Both the position numbers and the translations under genes were made by a program. From an uncultured Candidatus Entotheonella sp. (GTDB lineage: Bacteria > Tectomicrobia > Entotheonellia > Entotheonellales > Entotheonellaceae), in NCBI GenBank assembly GCA_965217185.1, contig OZ244252.1:1600001-1664000 (forward strand): a stretch of 64,000 nucleotides of DNA, given 5' to 3'. This document shows, in pieces, positions 51,631 to 61,657 of the stretch. The stretch's first letter is position 1; the number at the start of each line of letters is the position of its first letter. The notes beneath the pieces were generated by a model. The model saw only the letters and a list, made by a program, of their open reading frames with translations, was not told where the DNA came from and made no database searches.

Positions 51631-52668
51631 GTGAGTGCGGAGAACGGCGGGGCCTTGTTGGACGTCAGAGACCTGCAGAAGCTCTTCCCGATTCGTAAGG
51701 GCTTTTGGAAGCGGACCGTGGGGCATGTGCGGGCCGTTGATGGGGTGAGTTTCACCCTCAATGAAGGGGAAACGCTCGGGCTCGTGGGGGAGAGCGGTTG
51801 TGGCAAGACCACTACCGCACGCTGTATTTTGCAAGCGCTGAAGCCAACCCAGGGACAAATCTTGTTCCGCACGGAGGCGGGCGCGGTCGTCGACGTGGCC
51901 ACCTTGGACAAAACCGAGCTGCGGGCGCTCCGACGAGAAATGCAGATGGTCTTCCAAGACCCCTTTACGTCTCTCAACCCGCGCATGACCCTGCTCGACA
52001 TTGTGGGCGAGCCTTTACGGGTACATGGGATGAAGAAACGCCGTGAACGCGAAGCGCGGGTGGCCGAACTCCTGCGTTTGGTTGGGCTGCGGGCGGAATA
52101 CATGCGGCGCTTCCCGCACGCCTTCAGTGGTGGCGAACGGCAACGCATCGGCATTGCCCGGGCTTTTGCGCTGCATCCACGCCTGGTGATCGCCGACGAG
52201 CCGGTATCGGCGTTGGACGTCTCTGTGCAAGCGCAAATTCTCAACTTGCTGCTTGACCTGCAAACGGAGCTGCGCCTGACCTACCTTTTTGTGGCGCATG
52301 ACCTGAGTGTGGTGAAGCATATTAGCGACCGGGTGGCCGTCATGTATGTTGGGCAGCTGGTCGAGTTAGCACCCACTGAGCAGCTTTTTATGGCTCCCAA
52401 ACACCCTTACACGGATGCCCTGCTTTCCGCCGTGCCTGAACCCGACCCGCGCCAGCGTACACGACGTATTGTCCTGCAAGGCGAGGTGGCCAACCCCGCC
52501 GATCCGCCCTCCGGGTGTTACTTTCACCCCCGTTGTCCACATGCAATTGAGGTTTGCCGTACGCAGGCGCCGACGTGGGAAGAGGTCGCACCGCAGCATT
52601 TTGCGCGTTGTCACCGCGCCCACGAGTTGCAGCTCATAGGTGTGGAAGAAGTCGCCAGGACCACCTAA
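51631..52668 (+). CDS. ABC transporter ATPase (OppF-like)
   Basis: [27 protein letters not shown] start after GAGGAGG. Confidence 0.93.
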   Translation: MSAENGGALLDVRDLQKLFPIRKGFWKRTVGHVRAVDGVSFTLNEGETLGLVGESGCGKTTTARCILQALKPTQGQILFRTEAGAVVDVATLDKTELRALRREMQMVFQDPFTSLNPRMTLLDIVGEPLRVHGMKKRREREARVAELLRLVGLRAEYMRRFPHAFSGGERQRIGIARAFALHPRLVIADEPVSALDVSVQAQILNLLLDLQTELRLTYLFVAHDLSVVKHISDRVAVMYVGQLVELAPTEQLFMAPKHPYTDALLSAVPEPDPRQRTRRIVLQGEVANPADPPSGCYFHPRCPHAIEVCRTQAPTWEEVAPQHFARCHRAHELQLIGVEEVARTT

Positions 52669-52674
52669 GCTGTC

Positions 52675-52990
52675 TATCAACCGCTGGCGCCAGGAATTTG
52701 GCGGCCTGAAGATCAGTCAGGTCAAACGCCTCAAGGAACTCGAAACCGAAAACGCCCGCCTGCGGCGCGCCGTATCGGACCTGCCCCTGGACAAGGTCAT
52801 CTTGCAGGAGGCCGCCCGGGGAAACTTCTGAGCCCCGCACGCCGCCGTCTTTGTGTCGAGCATATCCGAGAGCAACTGGGCATCTCGGAGCGCCGTGTCT
52901 GCCGAGCACTCGGGCAGCACCGCTCGACGCAGCGCAAGCCGCCGCAGGGGCGCGGGGACGAGGCCCGCCTGACCGAAGACATCATCCCAA
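52675..52990 (+). pseudogene. IS3-family fragment (end of orfA, start of orfB)
   Basis: RWRQEFGG..KRLKELE.ENARL; GGGAAAC junction; orfB-like SERRVCRALGQHRST. Confidence 0.85.
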
Positions 52991-53230
52991 TATCTCACGA
53001 AGTGTCATTCGATCGTTGAAGGGGAGAAAATACAATCCGGTATCCGGGTCTGGCTCATCGAGAAGCAGTTTTACAACTCAGCTTGCTATCTGGCTTCCAT
53101 TTGGTATGTAATCAATACTCCGATGTGTACACTGCTATCCAGGATGGGAATCGAAGGGGCGAGCTGGAACTCGAATCACGGTCATGTCGCACGTGGGTGT
53201 CGCATGGCCCTCGTATAGAGGAATCATCAG

Positions 53231-54619
53231 ATGCCAGTTCAGACGTTTGAACCGATGACTAAAGATTTTGCGACATTTGACTGCGATGCCCACGTGACGG
53301 AACCCGCCCGCATTTGGGAACGGGCACCCGAACATTTGACTCGGGACGAGCTGGAGGCCCTCAAAGCGACGATCTGGTGGGACGCAGAGACGCAGCAACT
53401 CATCGTCAATGGAAGAGCGGGCGCGGGCATTGGCTCCCAGAGTCGCGGCGGCATTCCCGGCACCATGCGGGTGATTACGAACGCCGGACCCGGGGTTAAA
53501 CACGACATTCAGCGCGCCCTCAATGTGCGCAATCTCAACCCCGAGACGGCGCTCACCCAGGAGCAAGTTGCGTACTTGGATCATCCCGGCTCCTACGAGC
53601 CCGAGCCGCGCCTGCGCGATATGGACGTACAGGGCATTGACCAAGTAATGATCATTCCCACCGATATCGATACCTACCCGTGGTTGCAAAACGCTGTGGG
53701 CGCCAAGGCGTTTTGCAAGGCCTACAACGAGTGGGCCTACGAGTACACCCTGGCTGATCCGCAACGGCTCTTTTTTGCCGCCATGCTCCCCATGCAGAAT
53801 CCCAGATATGCGGCAGATGAAGTCTACCGCGTGGCTGAACAAGGATGCCGCGTGGCGCTGGTGCGCCCCATCGACGCCATGGGCAATTACCCCTTGCAAC
53901 CCAAATACGAGCCTGTCTGGCAGGCGATGGCCGACACCGGCGTGGTCTACGGCATGCACCCATTCCCTGCTGGTGGCAACCTCAAGCCGTCGGGTTATGC
54001 CGAACAGCATTCCAGCGCCGAGCTGATTCGGAGAACCGTATCGACGTCAGGTCTGCCGCACTCGTTGCTGTCCAACGTGCAGAATTTTCAGGCCGAGGCT
54101 TCTCTCTGGGTAACCCTGGTGCTGATGTCCGGTTTTTTCGAGCGCTATCCCACGATCAAAGCCGCCGTGTTTGAAGCCTCCTCCACGTGGCTGAGCTTCC
54201 TGCTCGACGAGTGTGACAAGGCCTATAAGCTCTATCGCAACGAGCGCCAACTGCCGCCCCTCAAACGCTTACCCAGCGAGACCTTTTTTCAGCACTGCAT
54301 CACCGGCTTTGAGGGCGATGAAGCGCCCCCGTCACGCTTTCCCGAATTCTACCGGGACATCCTGGCCTGGTCCTCAGATGTCTACCACCACGACGGCGAT
54401 GACGCTTGGCGGGCCATTGAGATGATGCAGCAGTGCAACCTGTCGGTCGATGACCAGGCTCGGTTCCTGGGGGCAAACGCTCGCCGCCTGTACATGATTG
54501 AACCGCCCAAGAACATCATCCGCGAGCGGGTTTGCCAAATTCAACGGCCCGATTGGTGGCCGACTGAGGCGGAGGTCGAAGCCTCCCTTGCACCCGAAGC
54601 CTCTGTGACCCATCGTTAG
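53231..54619 (+). CDS. Amidohydrolase_2-family protein
   Basis: DCDAHV.EP, RLRDMD.QGID, AYNEW, GMHPF, SSDVYH, LGANARRLY. Confidence 0.88.
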   Translation: MPVQTFEPMTKDFATFDCDAHVTEPARIWERAPEHLTRDELEALKATIWWDAETQQLIVNGRAGAGIGSQSRGGIPGTMRVITNAGPGVKHDIQRALNVRNLNPETALTQEQVAYLDHPGSYEPEPRLRDMDVQGIDQVMIIPTDIDTYPWLQNAVGAKAFCKAYNEWAYEYTLADPQRLFFAAMLPMQNPRYAADEVYRVAEQGCRVALVRPIDAMGNYPLQPKYEPVWQAMADTGVVYGMHPFPAGGNLKPSGYAEQHSSAELIRRTVSTSGLPHSLLSNVQNFQAEASLWVTLVLMSGFFERYPTIKAAVFEASSTWLSFLLDECDKAYKLYRNERQLPPLKRLPSETFFQHCITGFEGDEAPPSRFPEFYRDILAWSSDVYHHDGDDAWRAIEMMQQCNLSVDDQARFLGANARRLYMIEPPKNIIRERVCQIQRPDWWPTEAEVEASLAPEASVTHR

Positions 54620-54630
54620 ATCGGAGAGAC

Positions 54631-55935
54631 ATGATGACCCGACAAAAGAACTTTGCGGTCTTCGACGGCGATGCCCATGTGGTGGAGCCGCGGACGGTAT
54701 GGGAGCAGTACCTCGATCCCGAGTACCGGGTGTTGGGCAAACACGCCTTATGGCGGGAGGATGGCAAGACCAATGCCTACCTCAAAATCAACGGTGAGAT
54801 ACATCGGGATACGACAAACATCAACCTGCCTCGGCACGCTCTGTGGCGGCCCGGCATGACCTGGGATTCGGTCGGCGAGTTGGACCCCGATGTCCGCCAC
54901 GCCATGAACGAGGGCGCCTGGGAGCCTCAGGCTCGGCTGCGAGACATGGATGCCATGGGCGTGGACCAGACCCTGCTCTACCCCACGTGGTTTGCCGAAG
55001 GGTTTCACCTGGTGCATGACCCCGATGTTGCCTATGCGCTGGCCCGCGCCTATAACCATTGGATTGCCGATTTCTGCCAGGCGGCCCCGGAGCGCCTTTT
55101 TGCCGTGGCCATGGTGCCGTTGCAGAACATGGATTTCGCCCTTGAGGAACTTCAGCGGGTCGCTGACATGCCCTGTTTCCGCGCGGCGTTTATCCGGCCG
55201 ATGTTTATCGAGGAGCGCTACTTCACCCATCCCTACTACGACACGCTGTGGGCGGAACTGGAGCGCCTGGGACTGACGGCTGCCGTGCACCCGACGCCGG
55301 GCTTGTGGAACCCGGAGTGGACGTCGCATGGTCCGTTTTTTGAAAAAATACGTGACCGGCTGCACGAGTTCTCGCGCCTTGCCGGGGGCGGCGGACCGTA
55401 TTCGGGCGGCGGCAATGGGATACACGGGGCCAGTTTCTTCACTGCCGCGACACCCCTCGGCCATCCGGTGGCGCCGATTCTATCCGGCTGGTTGGACAAC
55501 CATATGTTCGTTGCCTCGGTGCTGATTGGCTTTACCGTGATGCAGCGCTATCCCGAACTGCGATTTGTGGTGGCGCATGGCAAAGCGTCCTGGATGGAGG
55601 AAGTGCTGGAGAAAATGGAGGCTTCGGCAAAGGTCATTCCCCTGTTGCACACCTATCCGGTGCACACGGAGCCAGAGGAGCTGTGGGCAGAGGGTCGGGT
55701 GATGTTGGGGTTTGATGCCGAGGAGCGGCTGATTCAGAAACTGCCCGAGGACTTTGCTGCAAAGGTCGTCTGGGGCTCGCATTATCCCCACCACGACACC
55801 ACCAGTGCCTGGGATGCCATGGACAAACTTACCCAAGCCAATGTACCGGACTCCCTGATTACCCGTATGATGGGAGGGAATGCCGCCCAGCAATTTGGTA
55901 TTGAGCTCATACAGACGGTGAGTGTTCAGGCTTAA
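54631..55935 (+). CDS. Amidohydrolase_2-family protein
   Basis: DGDAHV.EP, RLRDMD.MGVD..LYPT, AVHP, GSHYPH, GGNAA. Confidence 0.88.
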   Translation: MMTRQKNFAVFDGDAHVVEPRTVWEQYLDPEYRVLGKHALWREDGKTNAYLKINGEIHRDTTNINLPRHALWRPGMTWDSVGELDPDVRHAMNEGAWEPQARLRDMDAMGVDQTLLYPTWFAEGFHLVHDPDVAYALARAYNHWIADFCQAAPERLFAVAMVPLQNMDFALEELQRVADMPCFRAAFIRPMFIEERYFTHPYYDTLWAELERLGLTAAVHPTPGLWNPEWTSHGPFFEKIRDRLHEFSRLAGGGGPYSGGGNGIHGASFFTAATPLGHPVAPILSGWLDNHMFVASVLIGFTVMQRYPELRFVVAHGKASWMEEVLEKMEASAKVIPLLHTYPVHTEPEELWAEGRVMLGFDAEERLIQKLPEDFAAKVVWGSHYPHHDTTSAWDAMDKLTQANVPDSLITRMMGGNAAQQFGIELIQTVSVQA

Positions 55936-55951
55936 CGCCCCAAGGCAATGG

Positions 55952-56110
55952 CTAGAGCACTTTCGGATCAATCTGACTCGCTCGTTCGTCACCGTCCATC
56001 ACTCCCCACTTGAGGGGGAGTCGGCGAAACAAGGGCGCAGCCCGCAGGCGAGCCGGTGGGGGGAACTCATCGCAGTGCAACCAATGCAATCAGATACGAA
56101 AATGCTCTAG
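55952..56110. mobile_element. MITE-like element (159 bp)
   Basis: Terminal inverted repeats CTAGAGCACTTTCG / CGAAAATGCTCTAG (13 of 14 match); internal hairpin ACTCCCCACTTGAGGGGGAGT. Confidence 0.55.
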
Positions 56111-56374
56111 TGCCCGGCATAAGCCGGGCCATTTGCCGGCCATCCGATTTCTTCCGATGGAACCCCCGCCAATGCTGCCGCAGAAAGGATGACATGTCAT
56201 CGGTCCTTTCTGATCATGCGCAGTCCGGGTTTAGGGTGCGGCCTTGCCTGGCGACCTTCCCACAAGCCCACGCCTCGTCGTGCTTTCGGCCATTCAGAAA
56301 TGCAAAAATGCCCACTCTTTCGTGATGCAGCACAACCCTGGCATGGCGCATCGCCGCGTCCATGGACCTCGGAA

Positions 56375-57139
56375 TCAGCCGATGACCCGTTCCACCGGCA
56401 CACCCCGGACGTCCATTTCAAAAGCCAATCCTTCGACCGGCGGTCGGGCGTAAGTCCATGTGACACCGTCCGGTGCCGCACCGCGGCGGACGACCTCGTC
56501 GGCAAGAAAACCGTGAATATCGTGGACCGTGTAGACTTGGCTCGTGGTGGCGTCTGCCCACGTCAAGCCGAGCGCCGCCATGCGAAACTCCATCGCACCG
56601 AGGACGAATTGCGCCTTTTCTCGCATCGCATCGGGCGCCGTGTCCCCGAGACGGATGATCCGGTCCGCATACCCGCCCGGTCCTTCGGGCGCTTCGCCGG
56701 AGCCCGAGATGACGAAGCTCTTCACCTCTGCCGCGTCGCTCGCCTCTGCCGGCATGGTGTACGAGAACGCGTGAAAGCAGGGTGCGGTCGGAGGATCGAC
56801 CTCGGGACATACGTTTGACCGCGCAACGGGATTCTCGTCGTCCTTGAAGATGCCCCAGCGTTCGAGCGTGTGCACATAGACCCGATTGAAGGCAATGAAG
56901 CCTTCTTCCGTAAACTGGCCGGGCGAGCGCAGTTCGCACGCGCAAAACGCGGTGAGCGGTCGTCCGAGAGCGCCGAGATGCCTCTCGATCCGACGGAACC
57001 CCTCGTCAAGCGGTACGGGTCGTGCGAACCGGGCACGTTCCATGACGTATCCCCGCTCCGCCGAGACGCCCCCCGAGTACTGGAACCGCCCCCGCACGTA
57101 GCGATACCCGCCGGGCTCAAAAACTGCTGTTTCCGCCAT
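56375..57139 (-). CDS. CnbZ-like protein (2-amino-5-chloromuconate deaminase family)
   Basis: GGYRY...FQYSGGV, CACELRSP..F.E.GF..FN, NPVARSNVCPE, FVISGSGE, RPPV.GL.FEMD.RGV. Confidence 0.7.
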   Translation of the reverse strand: MAETAVFEPGGYRYVRGRFQYSGGVSAERGYVMERARFARPVPLDEGFRRIERHLGALGRPLTAFCACELRSPGQFTEEGFIAFNRVYVHTLERWGIFKDDENPVARSNVCPEVDPPTAPCFHAFSYTMPAEASDAAEVKSFVISGSGEAPEGPGGYADRIIRLGDTAPDAMREKAQFVLGAMEFRMAALGLTWADATTSQVYTVHDIHGFLADEVVRRGAAPDGVTWTYARPPVEGLAFEMDVRGVPVERVIG

Positions 57140-57486
57140 ATCACATCTCCGGTAGTTGGAGTTACAGACTTGCGACTCGACTCAAATCCAGCTCTGTACC
57201 TGTATTTCGTTGAACCTCCCGAAATCACTTGTTGGCGATAGGGGTCAAATCACAGACTATGTCGTTTCATGGCAAAAATATCCCCTCATCCCCACTTAGT
57301 CACGCTCTTTCAGAGATATTCAACCGTGCGTTCACCCGGTTGAAGACGTGGTACACCAAACCGCCATCATCCGCTTGTTTCCGCTACCCATCCCTATAGC
57401 CAACGGAATCTCCGCGCCCAGCAAGAAACGGTTTCTGGCACCTTTTCTTCTTGAACTCGAAGCCGTGGTCAAGGACCTTCACCCCG

Positions 57487-57755
57487 ACGTCGCGGGCGAG
57501 GACAGCGTCGGCATCGGCACCGACTTCACCCAGGGCTACGGGCGGAAATTCTTCCACTGGATCACCCACGACAAGGGCTACGCCCGGCGGCTCACGGAGT
57601 TCGGTGAGATCGTCAACCCGGAAGGCATCCGGACCATCGGCGAACTCCCGAACCTGACCGCCGCGATGGTTCGACAGGGTTGGCCGGGGGCGCGAATCCG
57701 GAAAATCATGGGCGAAAACTGGCTGTCACTGCTCGCCCGGGTCTGGGGCGAGTAG
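57487..57755 (+). pseudogene. Duplicated 3' end of the dipeptidase gene
   Basis: Near-identical to 45852-46120 with scattered substitutions; no 5' part. Confidence 0.92.
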
Positions 57756-57793
57756 GCCGCCTGGCCGCACCGGAAGTCCCCAGCAAGGAGCGG

Positions 57794-57990
57794 GCAATGG
57801 GGTGGTTGGGCCATCCGTCGGGCACCAGCGAAATCGCCTTAGCCCACGGACCAAGGCGTGGGGCAAGCTGCGTGAGTTGAGGATAGATTGCAATTGCTTT
57901 CGAGTCTGCGCATGCAATTCTAAAGGAGCCAACAGGCGTCCTGTCCGCATCGGTCTCTCCTCTCTGGAAATATGTTCTGAGAGGAATCTA
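57794..57990 (-). pseudogene. IS630-like left end and N-terminal transposase remnant
   Basis: TA-bounded end, then MRTGR..PLEL....RKQLQSI..SRSLPHALVR. Confidence 0.6.
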
Positions 57991-57991
57991 A

Positions 57992-59295
57992 GGACTCTCG
58001 CCAAAATAGATCATTGATTAGCGTCTTGGGGACACCGTATAGTTCCACTCCCCATGGAACTTATCGCGTTCGATAACAATTCTCGCCATCTGGTCCTCCG
58101 TCACCTCTCGACCCGTCGGATAGCTCCCCTCGTCCAACCCCGCCTGTATCTCCAGACCGCCCTTCGTAGTCGTGTTGCCGATCAAGTTCACCACCGCCTC
58201 ACGGCTTACCAACGGGCGTCCACGCCAGTTCTCGGTAATGTGACAGAACATCCGGTGCTCGATCTTGTTCCACTTGCTCGTTCCGGGCGGGAAATGGCAC
58301 ACCGATATCGCCAGCCCCAACTCATCAGCGAGCCGCTGCAGCTCCAACTTCCACAGGCGGTTGCGGCTGGCGTTGGAGCCGCCACCGTCGGCCGTGATCA
58401 GCAAGCGCTGTGCCCCACCATAGACACGCCATCCCATCTGCCGCCACCAACGCCGAATCGTCGCCACCGCAAACGCTGCCGTGTCGGGGTCCACCCCGAC
58501 ACTGACCCAGCCCTCGTTGGCCACCAAGTCGTACACCCCGTAAGGAATCGCCTTGCCCAACTCCTTGTCCGGGAAGTCGTACACCTTCACCTCCTCCGGC
58601 CGCCCCTGCGGTCGCCATTCTCGCCCGCCGTTGCGGTACTGGCCTATCAATTCCTTCTTCTTCGTGTCTACCGATATCACCGGCTGACCCTGATCCTGGA
58701 ATGCTTGGCAGCGTTCGTTGATATGTGCAAACTGAGCGTCCCGATCAGGATGCTGGCGGCCTTCCAGCGTCTTGCGGTTCGTCTGCAACCGGTAGCCCAA
58801 CTCGTGCAGCATCCGGTTCACCGTCCGTTCACTCACCGGATGACCCTGCGCTTGCAGTTGCGCGGCCAACTTCGCTGCACTTTTGCAGGTCCAGCGCAAC
58901 GGACTTGTCGGATCACCACGGCTGAGCGGTTCAACCAACTGCTCCAACGCCGTGCGCAGGTCCGGGTCCTGTTCGCTCAGCCGCTTGCGGCCCCCGCCCG
59001 CTCGGCGTTGCCGTCCCGCAGGCGCCGCTGGCGGACCCTGCGATTGCGTAGCGCCCAGTTCCTGCAAGCCTGCGCGTACCGTGCTGCGTGCGATGCCGGT
59101 CGCCTGGAACACCCGTTCGATCCCGCCACGACCGATGGCGCGGGCTTCGGTCGCCGCCCATCGACGCCGGCCTCGTTCGTCCAACAACGGCTTCAGTGCC
59201 TCGAACTTCTCTTTGATGGTCTGCGACACGGCGTTCATCCGCACAGCATACCAGGTTATTCTGCAAAAATGGATGATCTAATTTGGCGAGAGTCC
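57992..59295 (-). mobile_element. ISAzo13-family insertion sequence, apparently intact
   Basis: TIR GGACTCTCGCCAAAATAGATCAT vs GGACTCTCGCCAAATTAGATCAT; TAA duplicated at 57989-57991 and 59296-59298. Confidence 0.92.
58018..59238 (-). CDS. ISAzo13 transposase
   Basis: GDP.SPLRWT.KS, HPDRDAQF, ISVDTKKKE, ADGGGSN, PGTSKWNKIEHR, FHGEWNY. Confidence 0.95.
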   Translation of the reverse strand: MNAVSQTIKEKFEALKPLLDERGRRRWAATEARAIGRGGIERVFQATGIARSTVRAGLQELGATQSQGPPAAPAGRQRRAGGGRKRLSEQDPDLRTALEQLVEPLSRGDPTSPLRWTCKSAAKLAAQLQAQGHPVSERTVNRMLHELGYRLQTNRKTLEGRQHPDRDAQFAHINERCQAFQDQGQPVISVDTKKKELIGQYRNGGREWRPQGRPEEVKVYDFPDKELGKAIPYGVYDLVANEGWVSVGVDPDTAAFAVATIRRWWRQMGWRVYGGAQRLLITADGGGSNASRNRLWKLELQRLADELGLAISVCHFPPGTSKWNKIEHRMFCHITENWRGRPLVSREAVVNLIGNTTTKGGLEIQAGLDEGSYPTGREVTEDQMARIVIERDKFHGEWNYTVSPRR

Positions 59296-60772
59296 TAAGT
59301 ATCTCTACGTACGTCTCCAGGGAAAACTACCTTGGTTGAGAGATTTCATAACCGATATGCCCGCCTGGAAGCATATCAAGGCACTTCGTCGCAGATACAC
59401 ACATCAGTGGGCCCTACGAAAAAAGTGGTCCCTGCAAAAAAAACTTCCTAAGTAGGCCGGAAGAGATGGCCAAGCTAAAGCACCGTTGATAGAAACTGCC
59501 GGCAAGCGGCATTCTGTAAACCTTAGGAATGGGCGTAGGTCTCAAATTGACCAGTTAGGCGGCCCGTCCGTGCGCCAATTTTGTAGATAAACCAACAATA
59601 CCCCAGAGGAGTGCTGCCCATCACCCACCGTCCTACGTGACACTTTGTCACCTCGCGCATCAATCATGTCCCCAAGCCGTACCAAACCCCCTCAGAATCG
59701 CTCAATTTCGGACTTACACCCTTAGGAATGATCGAAATCCGTGCTACTGCTGGACTTACGCGTTTCGGCCCGGCACCGGCCTTTTCTCCCACCGAGACCC
59801 CCTTCTCACGGGATTCTCACCCACAAACAATGGGGGGCCGCTGGCGACTGCGAGCCTCCCTAACAGCCTGCATGACGCGCCAAGATAGCCTGGAAGCCAC
59901 CCTTTGGTCCCGGTCATTGCCCTGCGGCGACGAGTCCCGACCATCCGGCCCTGACGACGAAGGATGCCGACTCGCGTCGATCACAAGGGCGACTATCATG
60001 CAACTCGTCACCCCAAGAAACAGGACGGCTAGGGCGACGAAGCTGACCTTCGCCAGATCCCACGCCCACAGGCTGTGGATCATATTGACAAGTCCAGCCA
60101 CGATGCCCGCGGCCAACGGCACAAGCAGGCACAAACCCCCGGCAATCGTCCACGCATCGTGCTTCGGAGGTACGCCTACTACCGAAAGCCACGTGGATGC
60201 CACCGACCAGCAAATCGGATCCGCCTGGAGGCCGAGGCAGCGCCAGGCATCTGCTTCCCGGTCATGCAGGTGCCCGCACGTCAGGCGGCCCTGACGGGAC
60301 CGCAAAAGCCACGCTCTCATATCGCATCACTCCCCATGCAGGGTCCCTCGCCGACGACCCAGGCTGGTAGGCGGAGTAGGCAGCCACGAGCAGCGTCACG
60401 GCCTGTTGTATTCGGGAGCTACCAGTCTGAAACCAAGCGCAAAGGAGGTATGTCGAATACGCTTAACCCAGGGCTTGAACAACACCATCCAGCCACCGTG
60501 GCCCTGCCGGGTGTGCATGCCACGCCAGGACACCATCCCCTACCATGCAGACATGCTGAAATTGATGCTCGCCGCTGGGTACGAAAAAAGCTTCTCTGCC
60601 ATCCAGGCCGCACCAACGTCATTACTGAACTGAAAACGCGCTCAAAGCGACGCGCCTGTACCTCCCTCGGGAATCTCGTGACCGCCGCCGGCACGTGCCC
60701 TCGCACGCGTTCCTGGGCAGTAGAAAGACTGTCTACCCCACGGAGGTGCCCCGGCCTTTTCGGAAATCTCAC

Positions 60773-60901
60773 TCACCGCGGCGTTGCCGAGGTTGGCTTT
60801 TGCAGGGCATTACGCAGCGCTTCAACTTTGGTTTCGTGTTCTTCAAGCAGCCTCAACCCGGCCCGTGCCACGTCACTGGCGGAGTTGTAGCGACCGGAAG
60901 T
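60773..60901 (-). pseudogene. ParD-like (CC2985 family) antitoxin remnant
   Basis: [33 protein letters not shown]-terminus missing, no ParE partner. Confidence 0.7.
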
Positions 60902-61297
60902 ACGGAAAGGGGACCTTCGAGGCTTAACGTGGCATTCCGATCTTATCCGCAACTGACCCCAAGGAGGCCGACGGCAGCCGCGGGTTCTTCTGCGGCATGT
61001 TCAACGCCCTGAACACGTCATGGCTGGCCGTAGAGAGCCAGAAGCCTCGAAGCGGGTCGGATGCCAGGACTGAAATCGGGTTGTCGGCGCCGCGGGGAGT
61101 CTGGAACCCTTCCGGAGCGAGCCCCTGAAGGGGCCGCCGCCAAGTTCTGATAATCGTACATTCTGTATACTTTGCAGCGGTCCTGAAAAATCACCAAGTC
61201 TTTGTGGATTGTGCCATCCCGATCTCGTTCTCGCCTGTCAGCCGTCCAAGTTCCTCTTTCCGGTTTAGGTCTCCATCTACAAAGTACGATCAGCTGG

Positions 61298-61597
61298 TCA
61301 AGGGTCGCTGCAGTTGACGACGACGTTATCCCTTTCGCAGTCGATTTCCCACTCACCATGGTGCCACTCGCCGTAGCAGCGTCCGGGGCCGATGGGGTTG
61401 CCGAAGGACAGGTCGTTATTGAAGTCTACGAGTAGGCGGTGCTCGAGAGCGTGTTCCAGAGCGCTCAGCTCGCTTCTGGATAGTCGTCTTCCAGACGCCA
61501 GGTCGTAGCACAGAGGGTGGTCCGCGTGGTAGTGATCCTCGACGATACAGCCGCTCAGGACTGCGAGCAGTAATAGGAAAAGTGTTGTTCTTTTCAT
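61298..61597 (-). CDS. Small Cys-containing lipoprotein
   Basis: MKRTTLFLLLLAVLSGC lipobox; four further Cys residues. Confidence 0.6.
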   Translation of the reverse strand: MKRTTLFLLLLAVLSGCIVEDHYHADHPLCYDLASGRRLSRSELSALEHALEHRLLVDFNNDLSFGNPIGPGRCYGEWHHGEWEIDCERDNVVVNCSDP

Positions 61598-61657
61598 GGT
61601 GGCTACCATTACTCGTAAGGCAGTGACGCCTACTTCGTATAAGTCTTCATTACTGCA

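Noticed and set aside
52990..53200. Gene fragment on the minus strand (LLLDEPDPDTGLYFLPFNDRMTLREI)
   Set aside because: Protein-like but short and stop-interrupted; cannot be assigned without a search.
57348..57755. Intact 135-aa gene
   Set aside because: Chimera of unrelated upstream sequence and the duplicated dipeptidase 3' end.
59817..60320. Membrane protein ORF
   Set aside because: Two hydrophobic stretches but no clear start/RBS or family motif; too weak to call.
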